The notes under the pieces were generated by a model. That model was not told the DNA's origin, searched no databases, and saw only the letters and a list, made by a program, of their open reading frames with translations. Shown here piece after piece: positions 28,606-38,138 of a stretch of 64,000 bases of DNA. The number at the start of each line of letters is the position of its first letter. Within the stretch, counting starts at the first letter, position 1. The DNA lies in assembly GCA_035437825.1 (NCBI GenBank), contig DAOMYX010000006.1:3332-67331 (forward strand). The letters run 5' to 3'. Both the position numbers and the translations under genes were made by a program. This DNA comes from Alphaproteobacteria bacterium. Lineage in GTDB: Bacteria; Pseudomonadota; Alphaproteobacteria; Micavibrionales; UBA2020.

Positions 28606-30518
28606 GATGCTTTTTTCTCTCCGGTTTCAGTCTGTGTATGGGTCGGCAGCGGGCGGGTAGTCTCCGCGATATTTGTCTGGCTGCGCGTAAAGGCTTCGGC
28701 GGCAGGCGCCATCAGCACCTCGGCGCCCGCGCGCAGCGTTTCGGCCAGCGCCAGCGTCTGCGGCATCAGGCGGCTGAAGTAAAACGCCGCAGATTGCAAT
28801 TTGGTTTCATAAAATGCGCGGCCCGGCGCGTTATCCGCAAGGCGGATTTTGGCCGCCGCCGCCATTTTCAGCCACATGTGGCCAAGCACGACAAGGCTGC
28901 AAAGGCGCAGGTAATCGACCGACACACCCGCCGCATCGCGCAAGACCTTGCCCGCATCGCCGCCAAGACCGATTTTGGATTTGACGGTTTCGCGGATAAT
29001 GCGGAAGCGCAAACGCAGCGTGGCGCGTTTCAGCGCGGATACGCCGCGCGCCAAAGCCGCCGTCATGTCGGACGGCACGCCCGCACTGCGCGCTTCGCGC
29101 AGGTCGTCTTCCAGCGCCGCCAGATAGGCGGGCAACAGGTTATCTTTCATCACCTTGCGCCCGACAAGGTCGAGCGACTGGATACTGTTCGTGCCCTCGT
29201 ATATGCGGGTGATGCGCGCATCGCGGGCGTATTGTTCCATGCCGTGTTCGCGGATGTAGCCGTGGCCACCGAAAACCTGCATGGCTGCGTTCGCATGCTC
29301 GGATGCGTTGTCGGTCAGATGCGCCTTGATAACGGGGGTCAGAAAATCCAGAAGCGCCTTGGCTTTTTTCGCCGCCGCCGCATCGGGCGATTTTTGCGAA
29401 ATATCCAGCTGCATCGCCGCCCAATAGGCCAGCATGCGCGCGCCTTCGATTTGCGTGCGCATGGTCAGAAGTTCGCGCCGGATATCGGGGTGGCTGATAA
29501 TCGGCACGGCGGGCGCCTCTGCCGCCGCCGCATCCGCGCGCTGGTCGATGGGCTGGCCCTGACGGCGTTCCTGCGCGTAAGTCACGGCGTTTTGATAGGC
29601 GACTTCGCTAAGGCCAAGCCCTTGCAGCCCGACGCCGAGACGTGCTTCGTTCATCATCACAAACATCGCGCGCATACCCTTGTGCGCTTCCCCCACCAGC
29701 CAGCCGGTGGCGGCTTCGAAATTCATTTCGCAGGTGCTGTTGGCGTGAATACCCATTTTTTCTTCGATGCGGCCGCAATAAACGGGGTTGCGCTCATTGT
29801 CGATAAACTTCGGCACCACAAAAAGGCTGATGCCCTTGATGCCCGCCGGCGTATCCGGCGCATCGATTTTGGCCAGCACCAGATGAATAATGTTTTCGGC
29901 AAGGTCGTGTTCGCCCGCCGAAATAAAAATCTTCGTGCCGGTGATTTTATAGCTGCCGTCGGCTTGCGGCACAGCTTTTGTTTTGACAAGACCGAGGTCG
30001 GTGCCGCATTGCGGTTCGGTCAAACACATGGTGCCCGTCCACTCGCCGCTGACCAGCTTGGGCAGGTATTTTTCTTTTTGCGTCGCCGTGCCGTAAGCAT
30101 GCAGCGCGTTATAAGCGCCATGGCTGAGCCCCGGATACATGCCAAAGGCCATATTTGCCGAGCAGAACATTTCCGACAGCGCCGTGTTAATCGTGGCCGG
30201 CATGCCAAGCCCGCCGTAGGCCGGGTCGCAGGCAAAACCGGGCAGACCCGCCGCGCAGAACTGGGCATAGGCTTCCTTGAAGCCCTTGGGCGTCGTCACC
30301 GTGCGCGCATCGCGGTCATGGTGGCAGCCTTCGCGGTCGCCGCTGGCGTTGAGCGGGAACAGAATGTCTTCGGCCAGCTTGGCCACTTCGGCCAGAAACT
30401 GCCCCGTCGTCGCATCGTCGAGCGCCGCAAAGTCCGGAATGGCGGAAAGGGTCGAGACACGCAAAACGTCGTTCAGCACAAAACGCATGTCATCGAGGGG
30501 AGCCTTATAGGACGGCAT
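28602..30518 (-). CDS. large acyl-CoA dehydrogenase (FadE-like, with extra C-terminal domain)
   Basis: 638 aa. GTMCLTEPQCGTDLG, an ACAD middle domain and IYEGTNSIQSLDLVGRK are present. Confidence 0.9.
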   Translation of the reverse strand: MPSYKAPLDDMRFVLNDVLRVSTLSAIPDFAALDDATTGQFLAEVAKLAEDILFPLNASGDREGCHHDRDARTVTTPKGFKEAYAQFCAAGLPGFACDPAYGGLGMPATINTALSEMFCSANMAFGMYPGLSHGAYNALHAYGTATQKEKYLPKLVSGEWTGTMCLTEPQCGTDLGLVKTKAVPQADGSYKITGTKIFISAGEHDLAENIIHLVLAKIDAPDTPAGIKGISLFVVPKFIDNERNPVYCGRIEEKMGIHANSTCEMNFEAATGWLVGEAHKGMRAMFVMMNEARLGVGLQGLGLSEVAYQNAVTYAQERRQGQPIDQRADAAAAEAPAVPIISHPDIRRELLTMRTQIEGARMLAYWAAMQLDISQKSPDAAAAKKAKALLDFLTPVIKAHLTDNASEHANAAMQVFGGHGYIREHGMEQYARDARITRIYEGTNSIQSLDLVGRKVMKDNLLPAYLAALEDDLREARSAGVPSDMTAALARGVSALKRATLRLRFRIIRETVKSKIGLGGDAGKVLRDAAGVSVDYLRLCSLVVLGHMWLKMAAAAKIRLADNAPGRAFYETKLQSAAFYFSRLMPQTLALAETLRAGAEVLMAPAAEAFTRSQTNIAETTRPLPTHTQTETGEKKAS

Positions 30519-30668
30519 AATATCTCCGCATTCGGGAAGGGATTTAACAGGCTGACTTTATAACACAAAACAACCGCGAAAACACGCGCCCGCATGACAT
30601 AATCCGGCTGTTTTTTCGTCTATTTTTATTCATCTGGACAAAAACGGCGCGCAGCCTATTTTGTTGTC

Positions 30669-31124
30669 ATGGACAACGATGTTTTCACATTTATGGAAGA
30701 TATGCACGAGGGGCAGATTTTTGAATCAGGCCCCCTGCCCGTCACCGCCGAAGACATCATCGCCTTCGCCAGCAAATACGACCCGCAGGATTTCCATCTG
30801 GACGCGGAAAAAGCCAAGGACACCGCCTTTGGCGAGCTGGTCGCCAGCGGCTGGCACACGGCGGCCATCACCATGTCGCTTATCGTTGCCGCCATGCCCA
30901 AAATGAAGGGCGGCATGATTGGCCGCACGATTGAAAACATGACATGGCTGCGCCCCGTACGCCCGGGCGACAGCCTGAGCTACCGCGGCGAAGTTATCGG
31001 CATCCGCGCGTCGGGCGGCGATGCCAAACGCGGCATCCTGCGCACCAAAAACACCACGTTCAATCAAAATGGCGAAGCTGTCATGGAAATGACCTGCGTC
31101 ATTTTCGTGCCGCGCCGCCCTTAA
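30669..31124 (+). CDS. MaoC-like (R)-hydratase/dehydratase domain protein
   Basis: 151 aa with a hot-dog fold pattern (FASKYDPQDFHLD, ASGWHTAAITM). Confidence 0.85.
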   Translation: MDNDVFTFMEDMHEGQIFESGPLPVTAEDIIAFASKYDPQDFHLDAEKAKDTAFGELVASGWHTAAITMSLIVAAMPKMKGGMIGRTIENMTWLRPVRPGDSLSYRGEVIGIRASGGDAKRGILRTKNTTFNQNGEAVMEMTCVIFVPRRP

Positions 31125-31234
31125 TTTCCCTAAAGCTATTAACAGGTTTTTAAAGCCCGCTTGGTATTCTGGCCGTGCGGCGTTCTGCCGTGCGCATATT
31201 TTTCATCACGCCCCTTATTCCGGAGCCCGCCGCC

Positions 31235-33127
31235 ATGACCGTTATTTTGACCATCCTCGCCTCGCTCGGTTTTCTTGTCTGGTTCCGCAAATTGCAGCTG
31301 AGCCCCGATACGTCGTCGCGCCTTGCGCGGTTGAGCAAAAACCCCACGGCCTCCGCCATCATCTACAGCATCGGCGGCCTGATGTTCATTTCGGCCGTTT
31401 TATCGACCAGTCTTTTTTACGTCGATAAATACGAAACCGGCCATGTGGTGAAAAAATTCGGCGGGCGCAATCTGGGTGCGGGGCAAATCATCGCCACCAA
31501 CGGCGAAAACGGCCCGCAGGATTATATCTATGGCCCCGGCTGGCACCTGACGTGGTTCATCCGCATCTGGGGCGAAGTGCGCGTGCTGCCTGTTGTCGAT
31601 ATTCCGCCCGGCCATTTCGGCGAGGTTCTGGCGCTTGACGGGCGCAGCCTGCCCGAAGACGCCGTCATCGCCCCGCCGCTGCCCGGCACATCGCTGGCTT
31701 TCGGCGCGCCGAAAACGGATGATGATGCGTCTATCTTCGATGCCACAACGTTTCTTGAGGCGGATAAAATCAAAGGCTACAAAGGTCTTCAATCGACAGT
31801 GCTGAAGCCCGGTATCCACCGTTTGAACCTCTATCTGTTCAACGTACGCGTCACCGACCGCCAAGGCCGCACACGCATTTACGACCAATACGGCATGCGT
31901 GCCGAAAACGCGCCCGGCCACCAGCCCACCGTCGTCACCGAAATTCCGACCGGCCATGTCGGCGTCGTGAAATCGAACCTTGACGAAGGCTGGAACCACA
32001 AATGCAGAACCGGCGCCGAAGAAGTGCAGCAAGGCCGTTTGAAAGCCGTGCTTGTCCCCTCCGGCTGCAAGGGCGTGTGGAAAGAAATTTTCGAGCCGGG
32101 CGCCTATTTCTTCAACCCCGAAATTTACGAAGTCACGCAAATCCCCACCCGTGCGCAGCGCTGGTCGTACCACGGGGGTTATGAAGATTGCCGCATCGAC
32201 CTGACCATCGGCGACGACGGCAAGTTCGAACAAAACCGCAGCTGCGTGCCTATCCCGGTTGACCAAAGCGCGGCGGACGAAGCGATTTTCGTGCGCGTCG
32301 AAGGCTGGGAAATTCCGGTCGAGCTGCGCATCCTTGTGCAAATCAACCCCGAAGACGCGGCGCTGGTCGCGGCATCGGTCGGCAGTCTGAAAGAAGTCGA
32401 AGACCGCATCGTCACGCCGACCATCCGCTCCATCGTGCGCAACATCGGCGGCGGCACGCTGAACGCCCCCTTGATGGATGCGCAGGGGCATATACGCCTT
32501 GACGAAAACGGCCAGCCCGTCACCGGCATCCGCCCGACGCGCGCGCTCGATTTCCAGGACTCGCGCCCCTATCTTGAAACCGCCTTCGAAACCGCGATTA
32601 AAGAAGAAGGCAACAAGGCGGGCATCACCATCCTCGAGGTCAAAATCGATGACCCCGCCATTCCGCCGGAGCTGCTGGTTTCCCGCCGCCGCGAACAACT
32701 GGCGCAGCAGCTGGCCAAAGCCTTCCGCGAGGAAAAACTGGCGCAGGATGAACGCGTGAATTCGCAAAAATCACGCGCCACCGCCGACCAGCAAAAAGAC
32801 CTCGTGACCGCCGAGATTGGCGTGAAAGTGGCGGAGCAGTTCAAAGTCCGCCGCGAATACGAGGGTGAGGCCGAAAAAACCTACCTGACGCAGGTTGCCG
32901 AAGGCCAGAAGGCGCAGGCGCAGGTGCTGGGCGAAGAAGTCGTCGCCCGCCTGCGCGCAATCGAGCTTATCCTCGATGCGCTGAAATCCAACCCGCAAAT
33001 CCTGACCGACCTTAAACTGCCCGCGACGGTGGTGATGGGCGGCGGCGACGGGCTCAGCGCGGCAGCGGCGGTATTCGGCAATACCTTCCGCCCGCAAAAC
33101 CAGACCCCAGCGCCCGCGAACAGATAA
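31235..33127 (+). CDS. large SPFH/band-7 (flotillin-like) membrane protein
   Basis: The start was re-picked at ATG 31235 (MTVILTILASLGF). It has two N-terminal hydrophobic segments and a flotillin-like opening (GHVVKKFGG...IIATNGENGPQD...GPGWHL). The SPFH core is VELRILVQINPEDAA...IVTPTIRSIVRNIGG. The tail is A/E/K/Q-rich and coiled-coil-like. Confidence 0.65.
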   Translation: MTVILTILASLGFLVWFRKLQLSPDTSSRLARLSKNPTASAIIYSIGGLMFISAVLSTSLFYVDKYETGHVVKKFGGRNLGAGQIIATNGENGPQDYIYGPGWHLTWFIRIWGEVRVLPVVDIPPGHFGEVLALDGRSLPEDAVIAPPLPGTSLAFGAPKTDDDASIFDATTFLEADKIKGYKGLQSTVLKPGIHRLNLYLFNVRVTDRQGRTRIYDQYGMRAENAPGHQPTVVTEIPTGHVGVVKSNLDEGWNHKCRTGAEEVQQGRLKAVLVPSGCKGVWKEIFEPGAYFFNPEIYEVTQIPTRAQRWSYHGGYEDCRIDLTIGDDGKFEQNRSCVPIPVDQSAADEAIFVRVEGWEIPVELRILVQINPEDAALVAASVGSLKEVEDRIVTPTIRSIVRNIGGGTLNAPLMDAQGHIRLDENGQPVTGIRPTRALDFQDSRPYLETAFETAIKEEGNKAGITILEVKIDDPAIPPELLVSRRREQLAQQLAKAFREEKLAQDERVNSQKSRATADQQKDLVTAEIGVKVAEQFKVRREYEGEAEKTYLTQVAEGQKAQAQVLGEEVVARLRAIELILDALKSNPQILTDLKLPATVVMGGGDGLSAAAAVFGNTFRPQNQTPAPANR

Positions 33128-33145
33128 AGCGGCCGCACCAGAAAC

Positions 33146-33180
33146 AAAAAAAGGGAAGCCCCGCAAGGCTTCCCTTTTTT
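33146..33180. terminator. bidirectional intrinsic terminator
   Basis: 10-bp stem AAGGGAAGCC/GGCTTCCCTT flanked by an A-run and a T-run. Confidence 0.75.
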
Positions 33181-33195
33181 ACATCCAGCGTCCGG

Positions 33196-33789
33196 TTACC
33201 AGACGAGGTCGATATCCTGCATATAGAACATCACGTTCCATGCCTGCTGGTTGACGAACAGCGACAGGCACGCCAGCGCCCCCGCCAGTTCCCACGGCAC
33301 GCGGAAAGAGCGGTAGGCCACGCAGCCCGCCACCACCACGCTGTAAATCGTGACGATGCCGACAATTCTGTCCATTTCTTCGCGCGGCATGATGTCATAG
33401 ACCATCATCAGCGCAATCGGCACGGTCAGCAGCGACAGCGGCAGCGACACCCAGTTGCTGGCCTGAAAGAAAAGCCAGAACCGCGCGCGCTGGCCAAGCG
33501 CATAGGCAAAACCAAGACCGAAAGCCATCGCCGCGCCCAGCGCAAGGACATAGGCGCCCGTGACCGTCAGCGCGACCTGCGCGTGGGAATATTCCCCGTT
33601 ATGCATGCCGTAAGGCGGGTAGTAATAGGACAGCCACATGGAAAAGGGATAAAGCAGAACCGGAATCCAGAGCGAGCGCAGCGCCGCCTGTTTCGTGCCT
33701 TCCCCCTCGCCTTCGAAAACGCGGATACCGCGGCCGAATAGCAAGGCCAAATCAAGACTGCCCCGGAATTTTTGTCCAAATGTCGCCAT
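33196..33789 (-). CDS. polytopic membrane protein, unknown function
   Basis: 197 aa with about 5 hydrophobic helices. I recognise no motif. Confidence 0.5.
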   Translation of the reverse strand: MATFGQKFRGSLDLALLFGRGIRVFEGEGEGTKQAALRSLWIPVLLYPFSMWLSYYYPPYGMHNGEYSHAQVALTVTGAYVLALGAAMAFGLGFAYALGQRARFWLFFQASNWVSLPLSLLTVPIALMMVYDIMPREEMDRIVGIVTIYSVVVAGCVAYRSFRVPWELAGALACLSLFVNQQAWNVMFYMQDIDLVW

Positions 33790-33846
33790 GGTTCCCCCCG
33801 TGCATATATAAAAAGTCTTTATCTGAAATCGCCGCCGTAAAGCAGG

Positions 33847-33872
33847 AAAGCCGGGGAATGTCCCCGGCCTTC
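33847..33872 (-). terminator. hairpin downstream of the vWA gene
   Basis: 8-bp stem GCCGGGGA/TCCCCGGC. The trailing T-tract on the minus strand is weak. Confidence 0.45.
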
Positions 33873-33886
33873 TTATTATACCCTAT

Positions 33887-36211
33887 TTATCGCTGTTGCG
33901 GCAAACCGGCGGCGTTTTTGGCAAGCCGGACAAGGTTCACGAATTCCGTGCGGTAGCCGAATTCATCCTTGCCGCGGGCCTGATTCGCCACTTCGATGAC
34001 GGTATCATAGTCCGCATCCACGAACTTGCTGCCCTTGAGTATCTGGGCGAAGGACGCGACCGCATTCGCAAAGCGGATATCGTCGCTCAGCTCGGCGAAG
34101 GGTTTTTCATCCGCCTTGGTAATCGCGCGCGTCATCAGCGTGCTGGTATCGCTATCCGGTTTTTTGTAGCGGATTTTGAGGAAGGCGTATTCGTCGCTCG
34201 CCGTCTTCTCGCTCTCCGCCGCTTCCGGCGCTTTGTCTTCAATCACCTTGGGCGCGGGCTTTTGATAGCGCAGGTCATCGACCACAGGCGTTGCACCGAC
34301 CGGCGTGATTTCATAGATGGCCGTCACGGTATGGCCTGCGCCAATATCACCCGCATCGACTTTGTCGTTGTTGAAATCCTCGCGGTTCAGGGCGCGGGTT
34401 TCATAGCCGACAAGGCGGTATTCCTGCACGGTCTGCGGGTTAAACTCCACCTGCAGCTTGACGTCCTTGGCGATGGTGAAGAGCATGGAGGAGCCTTCAT
34501 CCACCAGAACCTTGCGCGCTTCGTTCAGGCTGTCGATATAGGCGGCATTGCCGTTGCCGTTTTGCGCCAATGTCTGCATCAGGCTGTCGTTGTAGTTGCC
34601 CTGACCGAAGCCGAGGACGGAGAGGAACACGCCCGCCTTGCGCTTGCGCTCCACAAAGCCTTTCAGTTCGTCCTGATTGGTGATGCCGACGTTGAAATCG
34701 CCATCCGTCGCCAGGATGATGCGGTTATTGCCGTCTTTGGCAAAATTTTGTTCTGCCAGCTGATAGGCCTGACGGATACCCTCCGCCCCCGCCGTGCTGC
34801 CGCCCGATTGCAGACTGTCAAGCGCGGCCATGATTTTATACTTGTCGGCAACCTTGGTCGGCTGCAGCGCCACACCGCTCGAGCCCGCGTAGGTGACGAT
34901 GCCGATGGTATCGTCGGGCGAAAGGGTATCGAGCAGCATTTTGAACGAATTGACCAAAAGCGGCAGTTTGTCACTGCTGTGCATAGAGCCGGACGTATCA
35001 ATCAGGAACACAAGGTTCGATTTGGGCTTTTCCTGCACCTGATAGCCTTTGACGCCGATATGCACCAGCTTGTTGCCGCTGCGCCACGGGCTGTCATAGA
35101 CCGCCACGGTGGGCTGGAACGGATGGCCGCCCTGCTCCGGCACCGCGTAATCATAATCGAAGTAGTTAATCATCTCTTCGATACGGATGGCGTTTTTCTG
35201 CGGCAGATAGCCGTTGTTCAGCGCACGGCGCACGAAACTGTAGGACGAGGTATCGACGTCGATGGAGAAAGTCGATACAGGCTCCGCCGCCACATTCTTG
35301 ATGCTGTTTTCTTCAAACGCGCGGAACTGGTCACGGCCGACGTCCTGATATTGCGGCTGCACGATATCCGCAATCGGCGGCTGCGCGGGCGCAACCATCA
35401 TTTCGGCTTCTGCGGGCACAGGCGCGACAAAGCCGGGCACGGCGGCAGACGGCGATGTGGGCGCCACAAGCTCCCTGCGCATATTGGTATCGGCGCGCAT
35501 TTTCTTCGCTTCTTCCTTGGCGCGCGGCGCGGGCATGGCCATATTGCTGACCGAAGGCTCTGCCGACATCACCGCACCCGCGGCGGTGCCTGCGTCTTTT
35601 TTGTCAGCGGCAGTGCGCTGCGGCGCGGGTTGACGCCATGCCGCCAAGGGGTCTTCCGCGACCTGCTTGGGCGCTTGCACAGCGCCGATTTCGTTCGAAG
35701 AGCCAGCGTCAATCGGCACGGGAATGAAGCTATTGCCCGTTTTCGCAGATTTCTCGCCCTTGGCACCTTCTATGCGCGCCACCATGTCCGCATCCGCACC
35801 CGCGAAGGACTCTTGCGTCGCCTGCCCCTGCGCAGGGGCATCTGACCGTATAGACGCCACGCCGCTTATATTCGTACGCGCCTTGCCATCCTCCGAGACC
35901 TTATCCCCGAGGATGCCGGAGATTTGTTGATAAAAGAACGGCATGCCGAGGACGGCGACGAGGGCGCAGGTGGCGACGGCACCCGTGGTGCCCGAAAAGA
36001 CGAAACGTTTTTGCATGAGTTTTCTCCCGATGTGGTTCAGTGCGTTGCTGATACCCATCGGACGTTTCGCCGCTTCGTTTCCTTGGACAGTTTTTGAGAT
36101 TTTTTCGTCAAAAGCAGCCATGGCGCGTTCAAGCGCTTGATTCTGCGCGTCTTTTGACGGTTCGGGCGCTGTCAGGTTCGACAGCAGCGCATCCAGCTTC
36201 CTGTCATCCAT
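33887..36211 (-). CDS. membrane-spanning vWA-domain protein (YfbK-like), probable anti-sigma factor
   Basis: 774 aa. It has a ~85-aa cytoplasmic N-terminus, one TM (GAVATCALVAVLGMPFF) and a P/A-rich linker. The vWA MIDAS motif is present (LVFLIDTSGSMHS). The start overlaps the ECF sigma stop by 8 nt. Confidence 0.8.
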   Translation of the reverse strand: MDDRKLDALLSNLTAPEPSKDAQNQALERAMAAFDEKISKTVQGNEAAKRPMGISNALNHIGRKLMQKRFVFSGTTGAVATCALVAVLGMPFFYQQISGILGDKVSEDGKARTNISGVASIRSDAPAQGQATQESFAGADADMVARIEGAKGEKSAKTGNSFIPVPIDAGSSNEIGAVQAPKQVAEDPLAAWRQPAPQRTAADKKDAGTAAGAVMSAEPSVSNMAMPAPRAKEEAKKMRADTNMRRELVAPTSPSAAVPGFVAPVPAEAEMMVAPAQPPIADIVQPQYQDVGRDQFRAFEENSIKNVAAEPVSTFSIDVDTSSYSFVRRALNNGYLPQKNAIRIEEMINYFDYDYAVPEQGGHPFQPTVAVYDSPWRSGNKLVHIGVKGYQVQEKPKSNLVFLIDTSGSMHSSDKLPLLVNSFKMLLDTLSPDDTIGIVTYAGSSGVALQPTKVADKYKIMAALDSLQSGGSTAGAEGIRQAYQLAEQNFAKDGNNRIILATDGDFNVGITNQDELKGFVERKRKAGVFLSVLGFGQGNYNDSLMQTLAQNGNGNAAYIDSLNEARKVLVDEGSSMLFTIAKDVKLQVEFNPQTVQEYRLVGYETRALNREDFNNDKVDAGDIGAGHTVTAIYEITPVGATPVVDDLRYQKPAPKVIEDKAPEAAESEKTASDEYAFLKIRYKKPDSDTSTLMTRAITKADEKPFAELSDDIRFANAVASFAQILKGSKFVDADYDTVIEVANQARGKDEFGYRTEFVNLVRLAKNAAGLPQQR

Positions 36212-36758
36212 GGCGTTTCCCCTTGTGTTTCAGGTCCAGTTCGGCGGCAATTTTCTTGCGCGCTTCGGATACGCGCCATGAAATCGTGCCTTCGGGGCAA
36301 TCGAGTATCTGCCCCGCTTCCTTATGGCTCATCCCCTGCCAGCAGACCAGCACGACGGTTTCGCGCAAGGCTTCGGGCAGTGCGTGGATAATGCGCAGCA
36401 CATCCTTGTCCTGCATCTGGCGTTCGGGGTCGGGCGCGTTTGACACATATTCCATGTCTTCGAACAGCGGCATTTCACGCCCGCCGCGGCGGTTTTTCGC
36501 CTTGTAATAATCCTTCGCCGCATTGATGACGATGCGGTACATCCATGTGGTGAAGGCGGCATCGAACGAAAAGCTGCGGATGTTCTGCGCGATTTTAATG
36601 GCGCTGTCCTGCGCGATATCTTCGGCATCTTCGCGGTTGCCGCACCATTGCCAGGCGATTTTGAACATCGACTTGTAATGCCTCTCCACAAGCATGGCAA
36701 AGGCTTGACGGTCGCCCGCCTGCGCGCTTTTGACCAATGAATGGTCATCCTGCTGCAT
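36204..36758 (-). CDS. ECF-type RNA polymerase sigma-70 factor
   Basis: Region 2 (AFAMLVERHYKSMFKIAWQWCGNREDAEDIAQD) and region 4 (ALPEALRETVVLVCWQGMSHKEAGQILDCPEGTISWRVSEARKKI) are recognisable. The start was re-picked at ATG 36758; the longest ORF reaches 36836. Confidence 0.85.
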   Translation of the reverse strand: MQQDDHSLVKSAQAGDRQAFAMLVERHYKSMFKIAWQWCGNREDAEDIAQDSAIKIAQNIRSFSFDAAFTTWMYRIVINAAKDYYKAKNRRGGREMPLFEDMEYVSNAPDPERQMQDKDVLRIIHALPEALRETVVLVCWQGMSHKEAGQILDCPEGTISWRVSEARKKIAAELDLKHKGKRHG

Positions 36759-36853
36759 GTGCCCTGCCTTTTGTCCTGCCTGTTGGACGACGTATATCGT
36801 CCTATCCTTGGTAATTTCTTTGAGCCAAGAAATCAATATATTAAATCAATAGC

Positions 36854-37351
36854 TTAATCGGCAGCGCCGCCGTGCGGGGGCACCACAGGCGCGGGCGGTT
36901 CGGCGGCCGCGCCCAGCGTTTCCGCCAAAAACTTGCGGGTTTCGCCGGCATATTCAAGCCCGCCGGTAAGGCCGCAAAGCCCTGCGACCAGCACGCCGTC
37001 GGCATCCCGCCGCTCCGCAAAGACCAGATAGGTGCCGCCCATCTGAAACCCGTCGCCCCAATACACATTGCGGCGCACGACCACGGCTTCGCCATCCGTC
37101 ACGCCTTTCCACGCGCGGCTGACCAGAAAGCTGAAACTGACGGTTTTATCCAGCGCCGCCGCATCGCCCGGTTTGATATTGGCATCGGCGCGGCGGTCGC
37201 CCACGACCACGCCTTCGAAAATCGCGGCGGCGTTATCGACGCTGTGTTTTGTATGCTGCGGCGGCGCGCAGCTGAGCGCATGCGCGGCGGCAGGCGCAAA
37301 AAACAAAAATACGGCGGCGGCTGTGGCGGCAAACATCTGGCGCTTTATCAT
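36854..37351 (-). CDS. small secreted protein, unknown function
   Basis: 165 aa. A Sec signal (AAAVFLFFAPAAAHA) is followed by LSCAPPQH...AAAIFEGVVVG. It lies 18 nt upstream of the ECF sigma ORF on the same strand. Confidence 0.55.
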   Translation of the reverse strand: MIKRQMFAATAAAVFLFFAPAAAHALSCAPPQHTKHSVDNAAAIFEGVVVGDRRADANIKPGDAAALDKTVSFSFLVSRAWKGVTDGEAVVVRRNVYWGDGFQMGGTYLVFAERRDADGVLVAGLCGLTGGLEYAGETRKFLAETLGAAAEPPAPVVPPHGGAAD

Positions 37352-37415
37352 AAAAACTCCCTTTAAAAAAACCGTTCCCGTATAGGACGCCGCGCAGGCG
37401 CGCCGCCTTGGGCGG

Positions 37416-38138
37416 TCAAATCGAAAAATGCAAAAGCCCCATGGATTTCAAACTGGCATGGCCGCTGCGTGAAATAATCAGATGGTCGTGCACCAGAATA
37501 TCCAGCGCGCGGGCGGCGCGGATGATTTCTTCGGTCATTGTAATGTCACTATCCGACGGTGTCGGGTCGCCGGACGGATGGTTATGCACAAGAATAAGCG
37601 CCGTCGCGCCAATTTCCAGCGCGCGGCGCACGATTTCGCGCGGGTAAACCGGCGCATGGTCCACTGTGCCGATTTGCTGCACTTCGTCGGCCATCAATTC
37701 GTTTTTGCGGTTCAGGAACAATACGCGGAAATGTTCGCGCTTTTCATGCGCCATGGCGACGTGGCAATAATCAATCAGTTTTTGCCACGAACTCAGCACA
37801 GGTTTTTGCTGCACATCCGCCACCAGCACGCGCTGCGTCAGCGCATGTATGGCCTTGACGAACACCGCGGCGTTTTCGCCAAGCCCCTTCACCGCCTGCA
37901 AATCCGCCAGCGATGCGCCCATCACGCCCGCAAGCCCGCCGAATTCTGCCAGCAGTTTTTTCGCCAGCGGCTTCACATCGCGGCGCGGAATGACGGAAAA
38001 TAAAACCAGTTCCAGAAGTTCGTAGTCTTCAAACGCGCCCGCGCCGGATTTTATAAAACGGCCGCGCAAACGCTCGCGGTGGCCGGTATGATGCGGCGTT
38101 TCTTTATCGGCGGGAGGTTTTTGCCTGCGCTCAGCCAT
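37416..38138 (-). CDS. radC: RadC-family JAB/MPN domain protein
   Basis: [10 protein letters not shown], HhH-like LKGLGENAA and the JAMM motif [18 protein letters not shown] are present. The start was re-picked at ATG 38138. Confidence 0.85.
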   Translation of the reverse strand: MAERRQKPPADKETPHHTGHRERLRGRFIKSGAGAFEDYELLELVLFSVIPRRDVKPLAKKLLAEFGGLAGVMGASLADLQAVKGLGENAAVFVKAIHALTQRVLVADVQQKPVLSSWQKLIDYCHVAMAHEKREHFRVLFLNRKNELMADEVQQIGTVDHAPVYPREIVRRALEIGATALILVHNHPSGDPTPSDSDITMTEEIIRAARALDILVHDHLIISRSGHASLKSMGLLHFSI

